Source: Sphagnum compactum (taxonomy: Eukaryota). Taken from it: 64,000 bases of DNA. This document shows, in pieces, positions 14,029 to 24,933 of this stretch (its first letter is position 1; each line of letters begins with the position of its first letter). The notes beneath the pieces were generated by a model, which was not told the DNA's origin, did no database searches, and saw only the letters and a program-made list of their open reading frames with translations. The stretch spans positions 2,480,001 to 2,544,000 of the forward strand of contig OZ234493.1 of NCBI GenBank assembly GCA_965153455.1. The letters run 5' to 3'. A program made the translations under genes and the position numbers.

Positions 14029-14093
14029 AATGAAATTCCATCTAAATTTATCATTACCTTCAATGAAATCCCATCCAAATTTATCATTACCTT
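14029..14093. repeat. 33-bp tandem duplication
   Basis: aatgaaattccatctaaatttatcattaccttc / aatgaaatcccatccaaatttatcattacctt. Confidence 0.85.
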
Positions 14094-14150
14094 AAGTTGA
14101 AAAATATTTAATAATAAAAATAAGATAGATACCATAATAAAAAAAATTAT

Positions 14151-14762
14151 TAGGGTCCAAACATGATCGAGGTACCCCCTTTGAAACATAAGGACTTACT
14201 CTTAGGACTTTCAAATTCATCTTTTTCTTCAATTTTCGTATGATTTGTCTTAAATTTCCTTTTTGATCTCATGTCAAATGAAATAATTCTGTTCCAAATT
14301 TTATATAAAAATCTAGAATATTTATTGTTTTCACTTATGAAAATAAGAATAATATAATTTATCCAATGTGAACCATGTTTTATCAATGGCCCAAAATTCT
14401 CAAAAATTTCATTTTTGAAATGTTTTACATTGCAATAAGGCATTTGGTTTTTGTCACATTCATACATTTTATGTACATCAGTACCTAAAGTATTTTGGAT
14501 AAGAATCTTGGGCCAATTTTTTTTGTTTAGACATTTTTTATGAATCCTTGAAATGTTTTCTTCTTGGATTTTTTTCTAGGACTTGGTAGGAATCTTGGAA
14601 CTTATTCAAATTTGGCATGCTATGCATAGAATAATACCTTAATAATGTATCTATCCATGAAAAAATCAAACTTTCAATATGAATGTGCCATTAAGTTACA
14701 ACAACAAGTTTAAGTGAGGGGTCCATTAAATATAAAAAGAAACGGTCCTTTTTGGTACCCTA
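14151..14762. mobile_element. Non-autonomous TIR element (MITE-like)
   Basis: Left end TAGGGTCCAAA..GGTACCCCCT is mirrored by right end AGGGGGTCC..TTTGGTACCCTA. The interior is AT-rich and non-coding. TSD not resolved. Confidence 0.45.
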
Positions 14763-15890
14763 ACCATGCTTTGACCCATTATTTTGTTTTTCATCTTAAG
14801 GTAATTTAGGTCCATTGAATGATATGTAGCTTGGGGAAGATGACAAATCTGAAAATAGTTGAATTAAAGGTAAAAATGTGTGAAATGAATGTTAGGGAAT
14901 ATAAGATATGAAAAAATGTTTTATATGTTGAATGTTGCATGGATTGTAAATGTTGAAATCAAAAGAATATTATGGATGTTAAAAAGGTTAAGAAAGATTA
15001 AAGTTTCCAAAATTTTGATATATGATATTAAACTTAATGATAGAAATGAAGGCCAAAGAAAATAAAACCCTGCAAAAAAATGATGGATGAAATGGAAGGT
15101 GGAAAAGATGGATTCAAAAAATTGAAACATCAAAAAATAATGGATGAAAATGTTGCTAGTGAATGATCCATGAGAATTGGATTATGTGTGATTTTTTAAA
15201 TTGTAAATATTAATAAATATATCAAGGAAAGTCTAACCCACAAGTAAAAAGTTGAAAGTTTTCCAAAAAACCTAATGAACAATATGCATTGTTAACAAGC
15301 ACGTCAAGTCAAACAAAAGTTGACATTACAAAAGGAAATCTTACAATTATATTACTTATTAAAACATTGAAAATTTTGAAAATTAATGCACATTAGTGAA
15401 GAGGTAGTGTAATTTCATCATTCACCTAAAAACATTCAATGTCCCACAAACATTATGGGTTTTGTTGTTACTTTACATCTTCATGTATTCAATTTTGACA
15501 AGGTAATCCAATGTTCACTTTATCTTACTTACTTAACTTTTGTGACATGTAAGTGGTATTGTCATTTTACTAATAGCCAAAAAGTCTTGAATTTGGTATT
15601 GACAAATCCTTTACTTTTTATTTGAATGTAAAGTTTTTTGCATGTGTCTTTATCTACATTCTCTTCTTTCATATGTGGTATATTGGAAAAACAAATAAAA
15701 CAACATTGGACAAAATTATGTTAGTCCTTTATTAGTCTTAAGAGTAATTTATTAATTTGTTATTGGTTTTGCCATTTGTTGAAGATAAAATACATATCTA
15801 CAAAACCACAACAAAATAGTTCAATATTTGTTACAATATGTTTAAATGTTACATTTCAAAAGCAATCATCAATGCAAATAAATAAATATA

Positions 15891-15996
15891 TAATTTATTT
15901 ATGATGTCATGTATAATATATATATATATATATAATTTATTTATGATGTCATGTATAATATATATATATATAATTTATTTATGATGTCATGTATAA
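15891..15996. repeat. Three-copy ~40-bp tandem repeat with (TA)n spacers
   Basis: taatttatttatgatgtcatgtataa(ta)n occurs three times. Confidence 0.9.
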
Positions 15997-16270
15997 AGAT
16001 AATTCATAATTATGGAAAGTGCGATGATCCTTTTGTTTCACATGATCATACTCATCCCTGATTGTCATTTTCAAGTTCATCATGAGGTCCATCATATGTA
16101 CATCTTTGGACAATAAGGTTTAGGCAATAAAGATGTCATGAAAACAAGACTACTTCCACACCATACTCAAAAATAATCTATGGATTGCATCTTCTTGTCC
16201 CACATAAATTTTCACAATTTGCGATGATTTGAAATGATGATCTAGTATTATGGCAAGCATTTTGTGAACT

Positions 16271-17688
16271 TGATATGAATAAAAGACTTTTAAAAACCAA
16301 GAGAATAGGTTTTAGAACCTTCACTATTGTAAAAGACAAATGAATCCTACCCTATGAAGTTAGGAAACATATATTTTAATATAGACAAAGTTATATAAGA
16401 ACAAGAAAACTAAGAAACAACAACAAAAGATATACTACTTGCAATTATTAAAAGTTAAATTATGATAAGACCAAGCCATTTAATCACAATTCAAATTACA
16501 CATGATGACCTAGATGCCAATTAATATCAGACTTTAACCTAATATTACAATTTACATGCCCACAAGTATGTTGTGTCATTACTGGACTTTATAATAGATC
16601 ATTTTGTTCTTTAATTTCAACACTCCCACTAAAAATTGATTATTGTGAAAATTTTAATATTCCCACTATTGATCCACAAAACAAGAGAGACAATTGATAA
16701 AAAGATGCTTGCAATTATTTGTTGGCAAAGCTTTTGTAAACACCTCTACAACTTGATCTTGTGTATTGACTTAATTCATTGAAATAAAACTAGCTTGAAT
16801 TTGAAAATCTTTGACCATGTGATATTGTATATCAATGTGTTTTGTCATATGGTGGAATTTTGCATCATGGACAAGTTTGATAGCACTTTAGCTATCCTCC
16901 TTCAACTTAGTTGGTTTTTTATGTGAAAATTATGTGTCATGTAGAAATTATTATAGGCACACTACTAAACCTTAGTTGCAAGACATATAACAATATGTTA
17001 TGCTTCTATTGTAAAGCAAACAACACATTGTTGCTTCATACATATCCAAGGTATTGGTCCCTTGTTGAAGAAATGAAAGTAGTTGCTATGAGATTTTATA
17101 TCATCCAAGTCACTTCCATAATTTGCATTTGCAAAAGCAACAAGTATGTTGTTATGTTCACCACAATAATAAAGCTTATAATGCATTATATTTTTCAAAT
17201 GCTTCAAGATTTTCTAAACAACATTGCAATGAACATGTTTAGGTAATTTATGAAAACTTAATTGCAACTCCAATTGCAAAAGAAAGGTATGAATGTGTGC
17301 CCAACATTGCAAACATGAAGTTGTCCATTATCTCCAAATAAGGAAAATTATGCTCTTCATTGTCAAGTTGATTTGCAAGTTGGAGTTGAACATTAAAATT
17401 CATTCATGTGGCCACAACATGTGCCTCATTAAAATTGAACTTCTACAACATGTAAAATGTATTGTGTCCAATCAAGATAAAGTGTTCATTGAACACAATT
17501 CTCATTGTGTGCAACCCAACATAATGATTTTAGTTGGTTCTATGGTGGTCTCAAAACTTGTCAAGATGTTCCATCACCTTATCAAGTTTGTCAACATCTT
17601 TATAACCTCTACTCCCATCATCAATGAATATAACAAGCAAATGTTTTGGTTAATGTGTATTGAAATCATGTACACATGGATCTTTTGA
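16271..17688 (-). mobile_element. Ty1/Copia retrotransposon 3' half (decayed RT-RNase H, PPT, putative 3' LTR ~16622-16271)
   Basis: Minus-strand translation gives SKDPCV..LLVIFIDD (RT YVDD), MFAMLGT..FAIGV, LVAFANANYGSDLDDIKS..GPIPW..KQQCV, and EDS*SAIKLVHDAKFHHMTKHIDIQYH..DQVVEVFTKAL (Copia RNase H). Then PPT AGTGGGAG directly followed by TGTTG at 16622, a TATA-like CTTATATAA near 16395, and a ...TATCA end near 16271. Confidence 0.85.
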
Positions 17689-18799
17689 AGCAAAAAATTC
17701 AAATATGGAAGAATTGGAAATAAGAGACCTTTTCTTTGTAGATTGTCTCTTTACATTTTTTTCCCTTGATTATTTATTTTTTCTTGAAACCTTTTATAAA
17801 TTATTGAATGATCTGCATCAAGATGTTTCTACAAACATGTTATGCCACTTATTTTATAATATGTTACCAGACCTTTCCTTAATTATTTTCTTGAATTCAC
17901 AAAAACAACGGGTTAAAGATGACACAATAAACAACGCATCATGTGAAGAACATCCAAGTATACTTTCAAGTTATTGTTAACATAATAAAAAGACCAACAA
18001 AGTGCATTTCTATTATGAGTTTTCCATTTTTTTTCTTTGAGTTTGTAATTGTTGCAAAATCTGGTTAGTTTTATTTTCATTAGATTCTCCTAACACTTTA
18101 CTTACTTCAGTTTGTAGACTTGAGTTTTCACTTTCTTCCTTTATTTGATTAATTTCAGTTTCATCATTTATGCATATTATATATTCTTTAGTTTGCATTG
18201 TTTGATTATAAAATTCATTTGACCCTTCCATCTTTCACAATTATTCTACAAGGCCAAATGGTGGAGAAACTAAGAAAACAAATATAAGGTTTTGTTATGT
18301 GATGATAGTGCTCTTATGCACAACTAAATATGATGCAAAACATTTACAAGTAAAAAAAGAATACTGCAAAACAAGTAAGCATAAATAAAATTGTCAAAAG
18401 TACAAGGGTTTATGTTTGTTTCCAAAACAATTTATAACAAGCCTTGCACCACAAACCAAAAGCCAAAAATATTAAACAAAAAGGAACAAAAGACATGAGA
18501 TAAAAAATTAAAAAATAGAAATAAGCAAAGGGAAAAATTCTTACTGAAAAAATACAAGTTTTCGATTCTCGACTCCCGACCACTCCCAATTCTTGTAAGA
18601 AGGAATGCAAGGGGGTTGTACAAGATTCTTCAATGAATAACAACACACCAACAGTAGCACACACAAAAAGGAGAATAACAATGCAAAGAACCTTGTATTT
18701 AAAATAGAAAAACAATAGCGCAAAGAGGAAAGCCAAGTTGTCATGCCCGTATGCATGGCCTCATACATGACGGCCATTTACAGGCATGCCAATCATGCC

Positions 18800-18920
18800 T
18801 TTAGGGTTAATGTACGCTCTTAGGGTTAATGTACATTCTTATGTTACTGTATGCTATTAGGTGTTTTAGGGTTATGGCTTGTTTAGGGTTTCAACTTTGT
18901 TGACGGTTGTATAAAAGGCC
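18800..18920 (+). promoter_or_regulatory. Putative element promoter: four TTAGGGTT (telo-box-like) motifs followed by TATAAAA
   Basis: ttagggtt occurs four times in 18801-18892, two of them within a ~19-bp tandem duplication. TATAAAAGG lies at ~18910. Confidence 0.4.
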
Positions 18921-19721
18921 AAGTTCTTCCCTCTTTTGTTAATTTTTCTAGAATTCCTTTGTTAGGGAGAGTTTCCTCCATAGTTTGACTAGGTTTCTAG
19001 ATGTTCACGATGGGTATTACATGACCACCGTTTACATACACTACGTTCTCTTTCCTTCTTTTCAATTTAATTCTAGAAAAAATGTTCTTTATTACTTAAT
19101 GTCGAAAGCGATAGATTTTTCCTGGCTTTGAGTTTCTTGGGTTTCTTTTGCTTGCTGGTTTCTTGTGTTCTTGAGTTGCTGCCACTTTTTCTTTTTTTTC
19201 TACTCTTGTATTGCAGCTACAACATGAACAATAACAACCATAACTAGTAGCAGCATAAGCGAAGGAGAAGGGACACCAGAAACAAAGCTATAAGCTGTGA
19301 AGTTTTGAGTTTCGAAGCTTCGGAGGGACGAAGGAGCGAGCTGCTCTAAAGCTTGTTTTACTGCCAGCTTTAGGTCTTGGGAGCACGTACACACACACAC
19401 ACACAAGGTTTGATTAGAGTACAAGATCTGCACCAGGTGATGCAACCCCACATACATTTGCTTTCGTTGTACATGGGTTTTGAGGTTAACATTTGGGCTG
19501 TGCACTCTTGTGTGTTTTTTAGCTTGCAGTCATGTAGTGAGTAGCCTTTGTAGCAATTCTAGAAGAAGAAGAAGAGAATTAAAAAAAACACAAAGTAGAA
19601 TTAAAAATTTTCTCTCTTTTCTTCTGCACGCCATCGCTGTAGAGCTCGCGAACGCTGATCGCTTTACAGTGTTGTCATCGGCGTAGTTGCCATCCATTGT
19701 AGTCGCTATTCCGTTTCATTT

Positions 19722-19853
19722 GACGTCCAACCTAGTTCCGTCCGACGTCCATCATAGTTTCGTCCCACGTCCGTCGTAGTTCCATCCGACGTCCATCGCA
19801 ATTTTGTTCGACGTCCATCACAATTTCGTTCGACATCCATCAACGTTCGTCTG
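19722..19853 (+). repeat. CpG-rich 22-bp tandem array (~6 copies) in the retroelement leader
   Basis: Units approximating GACGTCCATCGTAGTTCCGTCC start at 19722, 19744, 19766, 19788, 19810 and 19832. Confidence 0.9.
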
Positions 19854-20006
19854 GCCGTTCATCCCCGTCAATGCATCGTATTGTTCAAATCATATGACTG
19901 CATACATACGTAGTCAATATTTTATTCTTCAAACTGTATGTTTGTGTTAGAATTTTGTAACTAGTGCTCTGTATTGCTACAAAATTTTGGGGCATGGGAC
20001 AACACC

Positions 20007-22300
20007 ATGTCCACAGATGATGAGAGCACTACCGCTCAACTAGAGCCAAGGTATCAGCTATGAAGTAACGCACAATCATTTGAGTCGATTTCTTTGAGCT
20101 CACGATCTTCACGACGATACCATCAAGCGTCTATAGCGCCATCGTCATCTAGTACACTTTCACACCATAATCGTATATTTCGTTGCAAGCTGTTACCTTT
20201 ACACCCATATACACCATGGAGGTCAACAGTTCCTCTGGGAAAATTGAGAAGTTCAGCGAAAGGCTAGGTACCATTTCTTTGAGGAAGTTCAAGGCAACTT
20301 TCTCAACTATGGTTTGTGAATTGGAGTTCAAGTATGACGTTAATTACACCAAGGTGTTCGCATTCAAACAACTGGCACGTTATGTGCACTATGAGGCATT
20401 GGATGTCTACGAGCAACATTCTCCGAAGATTTTGGGCGTCACCTAGATCCCCAATCTAGCTTATGCCACAGCCATCGCCATCGCGTCTCAAGCTGCACTA
20501 CAAGCTGCCATTGCACATCATGGGACTATGCCCAATAGTCCAGATTCGGTACTTACTTTAGTAAACCTTTCTCCTCAACAACTCATTGTTGTTATTGCAA
20601 ACATTCCTCGCACCATCGATGCACTAGTTTTTGCTGATCTAGTGGGGGAATTCTTTCGAGTTCTTGAGCTAGAATTTCTCGTTAAGAGTTCTGAAAAAAT
20701 TCTGTAGCTCGCCACCTTCTCTCGGCAGAAGGATGAAACCCTCAAGATGCTCTATAGGAGGCTTCTCAAGCTTAAAGAGGATACTCAAAGCATCATAGAC
20801 CTGGAAGCTGCCCATTGGTATTTTCGTTCATTGGAAGGTACTCCGACACTCTATGCGTAGGTTTTACAACGGGTTTTTGCAGAAGTTGGAGATTCGTACA
20901 TTTTGCTGGATGTGTACAACATTTCTGAAAAGCTGGAACTAGTTCATGCACACTATGAGGCCAGTGTTATGATGCTTCCATCACGTTCAAGGCCTTAGCC
21001 TCCACCAGCTGCGCCAACCAGATCATCACATTTTTCTTCAAGGGCTAAAGCAGTGCACTAGGCTGCACCCATCCTACTTTCTTGCAACTACTGTGGCAAT
21101 CGTGCCCACTAAGCTAGTGAGTGCAACATTCCTTTTGAGGATCTCTTTTGTGATTATTGTGGAAAAAAGGGACATTATGAAGCTGTTTGTTTTGCCAAGT
21201 TCCTGGAACGGAAGCAACCCCGATTAGCACGGCAAAATCTGCCAGTATCTTCTACTGACCCTCAACTAAAAGCCAAGGCACTTCAGCCTTCCGCTCAGGC
21301 TTTCCCCACCAAGGGTAATTCCAGTAAGAATGCTAAGAAGAAGGAACAAAATGTTAACAAGAGGGAGGTGCTTCAAGCCCATGCCGCTCAAGTTCAAACT
21401 CTACAAATTGAATTCGAATCGTTGAAGGCCCAACTTGCTAATCTAAAAGGCAAGTCTTCCCAACCAGCTAGTCATGCCCAACTTGTATAGGGTTCAGTAT
21501 CACGGGAGGGACCTCTTAGGTCGTTCTATGGCCTCTCACACGATGTAATGGTTGGGGAGTATGTTCTTTCCAGTGCACACAATTTAAGTCTCACACTAAA
21601 ATTTGCCACTTCTTTTTGCCCTTCTTACTTCGCGACACAAGAAGCTAGTGTTGCACCCAGAGTCTCTGCTACTAGGCAGGTAATTCAGATTGATGGACGC
21701 GCATCTGGTTCAAGTCCTATTACCAGGGCTAGAGGAGCTCGAGCAGTCATGCCACAATCTTTTCGTCCTCTCAACATGGAAGAAGGACGCACCTTGTTGG
21801 CAAGGGGGGAGGAGACTACTACACCACAAGCTGCTAGGGCATCAAATTCTCATGTCCCAGGAGTACATGTACATCAGGAAAACACACAATTTTCCACTGA
21901 TCAGCTTATGGAGTGCCAACTTCAAATGCGTGAAGTGGCGCAAAAGCTTGTGAGTACACTGTTGTTTAGTTTTCAAGATTTGAAGCTAAACACCACGGAA
22001 ATAATTGCAGTACTAAAGGATACCCTGAACACTACATCAGGTCTTCTACCAATCCCTGATCCACATGCTATAGGGGTCCCATCCAACACCTTGGAGAGAC
22101 ACTCGAATGGCTCACGTGTTGTAGATGACATTCGTAATTTGGTCACTAGTTCTAGCATGGCTAAATTAGTGGGCTCTCCTACCTCTGATTCTACATTCAC
22201 ATATCACAAAGGAGCTAAGAACACCTCACTTGTGGATTTGTTATTCAGCAAAGGTGTTGTGGATAGTCATTCTTTCCACAAAGTCTTTCACTCATTTTCG
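20007..22300 (+). pseudogene. Retroelement gag with two CCHC zinc knuckles and long linker (disrupted)
   Basis: Starts MSTDDESTTAQLEPRYQL.., then KIEKFSERLGTISLRKFKATF... Knuckles CNYCGNRAH*ASEC and CDYCGKKGHYEAVC lie at ~21083-21190. In-frame TAG/TAA stops. Confidence 0.8.
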
Positions 22301-22369
22301 AAGAACTTCCATTGCCACCGGAGTTGCCATTGTCGACAATACTAAGTCAGCAATCCAGGTGGGAGGACA

Positions 22370-22650
22370 TACACCCAGAGTGGTACTTCTTGATACAGGT
22401 GCTCAACCATTGATTCTTGGAGTTTAATTTGCCAAGAAGATGGGCACGCTAAACTCCAAACTACAAAAATCTATGTGGCAAATTCACACCACGGTGGGAG
22501 TGTAGAGGAAGTACTTAGGGAGAGAGCTTGGATTTGATTACACTTAACTTCAATGAAGGTACAGATCAGGAGCTTTGCCTACAGGTCAGATGTTTAGTCA
22601 CCAATGCCACTAGTTACAATGTGCTCATTGGGCAAGAGGCCCTATTTCCA
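22370..22650 (+). pseudogene. Retroviral-type aspartic protease domain
   Basis: VVLLDTGAQPLILG (DTG at 22392) and downstream YNVLIGQEAL. Confidence 0.85.
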
Positions 22651-22999
22651 CCAGGTTTCACAATTGATGATTGCAGACACAGAAAGAAGTTTTGATTGGA
22701 ACCATAGTCCTATGGCTCACCATTGTATGCTCAAGGAAGCACACACTATTTCCTACATATAACAAGCTAACCACGAGTGGATAGAGGGAGATGAAGAGGA
22801 AATAACTTATGCCCAAGTTACTGAAAGCTTGAGGGTGGTTCCTATTGACATTCAACACGGACCAGAGGTTTTATAGAGGTTCAAAGCAGCCCACGAGCCC
22901 TTGGTCAAAGCTCTGTTTAGTTTTGAAAACATGAAGAGCCATGGCGAACCGATTAAGCCAGTACTTCGTCAGCTAATCACCTGGACACCGCCTAAGGAA

Positions 23000-23935
23000 G
23001 GGATTACATTACTAGAGTTCTTTGGTGGTATTGGTACAAGTCTCGAAGCCCTACTATAGTCAGGGATGGTGGTTCGGAGGTATTTCTACGTAGACATTGA
23101 TCCTATTGTAAGGCAAGTGGCGGCATTGAGAATGATGGAGCTCACGGCCAGATTTCCACAACAGTTTGCAAGCACCGCATGGAAGGCCATTTTCATTTTC
23201 TTGCCCTTTGACATACAACTAATTTAGAAGAAACATTTACTTAGCCCCGTGGACCTCATCATTTCAGGTTAGGAGTGTCAAGGATTTTCAGCAACTAGAC
23301 TTGGAAAAGGCTTGAGTGACACAAGATCCGGTCTCTTCACGGACATGGTACGATTGATCACCTGGGCTTAATCCATTTCTCCTACGCTTGGTTATGTAAT
23401 TGAGAACCCCCCTTCTCAGCTTGACCAGAGGGAGAAAGTCTAGGAGCACTACACGCTGGTCAAACATTACTTTGGAGAGCCGCTCCTACTCGATGTGGTA
23501 CAATGCGATTCCTATGCGCACCGACTTTGTAACTAGTGGACCAACCTTGCACCACTTTCAATTTATAGTTGGCTTTGAGATACACCATCAGAGACCCCAA
23601 CCTGCAAGTTTTTCATATATTGGATGAAAAAAGCTCCTGCCAACTAGTTACAAGGCAAGAGAAACCTCCTTGGTTTCCTGCGAACATAATAGGAAAACCA
23701 AGAGGTGTTTGGCCCACCTTTGTCTCCTTCCCAAGAGCACACGCCTTTCAGGGAGATGGACTAGGTCTGGTGTATTGTCATGCTTTAGCCACTTGGGATG
23801 AACCAAGCCTAGAAGAAAGAGAAAGGGCTATGGGGTTCCAAATTAACACTACTAGTCCCACCAAGGTGACTAGATTGGAACGTAACGCTCTACTGGGGAG
23901 AGGCATGGACCTGAACTCCTTTACATGGTTATTGG
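23000..23935 (+). pseudogene. C5 cytosine DNA methyltransferase domain (DNMT3-like), embedded between protease and RT
   Basis: Motif I ITLLEFFGGIG (23003-23035); II YFYVDID; IV VDLIISG*ECQGFS (Cys 23276-23278); V LSDTRSGLF; VI GYVIEN (EN at 23402); VIII DVVQCDSYAHRLCN*WTNL; IX EPSLEERERAMGF; X RLERNALLGRGMDLN. Motifs are in canonical order, with one frameshift near 23560 and several TAG/TAA stops. Confidence 0.9.
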
Positions 23936-24933
23936 TAACTTGTGTACTCTTTCAAATGTACACAACACCAGCACTGATTCAATCAGCTTGCAGTTCTGGC
24001 GATGCGACTACATGGCACCCCAACCAAGTACACTTGCCTATCTTCAACACTCTACACTTCACTCTTAGTGTTGGGGGGGAGGAGGTACCATGTAATTTGA
24101 CTCAAGTTGTTTCTGATACACCTAGTGGTACATCAGCTTCTGGAGAAACAATTACAACCTTCTACGAATCTGCGCAGTTGGATAGTGGACAACTCAATAC
24201 ACCAAGTTCTTCAAACACACTTTCCAACTCCATTCCATGTGTTTCCAACTACCCTTTCGTTATGGGGAACCAGGTCGTAGACTTGCTAATTAAGTATGAG
24301 AATGTGTTCGCATTCTCAATGAAAGACTTAGGTAGGTGTAAGACCATGCAGTTCTCTATAGACCTTACAGATGAAACACCCATCTATTGGAGGAGGCATA
24401 GGTTGAGCAAGCATGAGTGGGAACTTGTAGATGAAAGATGCAAAGGGCTCCATTAGGCTACAGTAATGCCAGTAAAGAAGGATTCAGTTGGATTACGGAT
24501 TGAGAAAAGGATGTGCGAGGATTATAGATCTTTGAACTAAGTTACACCTCAAGACAGGTACCCCATGCCCATCCCTGAAGAACTGTTTGATAGCATTGGA
24601 GATTCAAACATCTTCACAATTATGGATTTGAGGCAAGGCTTCAACTAGATTGTGCTCGCTGCGAAGGATCGTAAGAAAATGGGATTCCATGGAAGTAACA
24701 AGTTGTGGGAATGGCTTGTGATGCCTTTTGGATTGAAGAATGCACCTGTCTTCTTTCAGCGAGTCATGGACCAAGTTCTCGAAGGGGCATATTTCATAAA
24801 GTGCTACATAAATGACATCCTAGTGCATAATAAGGGACTCCTGCAGCACTTGGCTCATCTTGAGGAGTTACTCAAAAGGCTCCATGAAGTCAATATGAAG
24901 ATCTATCCTAAAAAGTGTGAGTTTGCTATCACC

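Noticed and set aside
18739-19026. 5' LTR ending at CATGACC (~19026) paired with 29606-29778
   Set aside because: Lengths differ and only short patches match by eye. Not accepted as an LTR pair without an alignment.
19722-19853. CRISPR-like array
   Set aside because: Head-to-tail 22-bp units with no unique spacers, in a eukaryotic context with no cas genes.
23000-23935. Host DNMT3/DRM gene or processed pseudogene
   Set aside because: There are no introns, no N-terminal host domains and no poly-A tail or own TSD. It is colinear with protease and RT inside the element.
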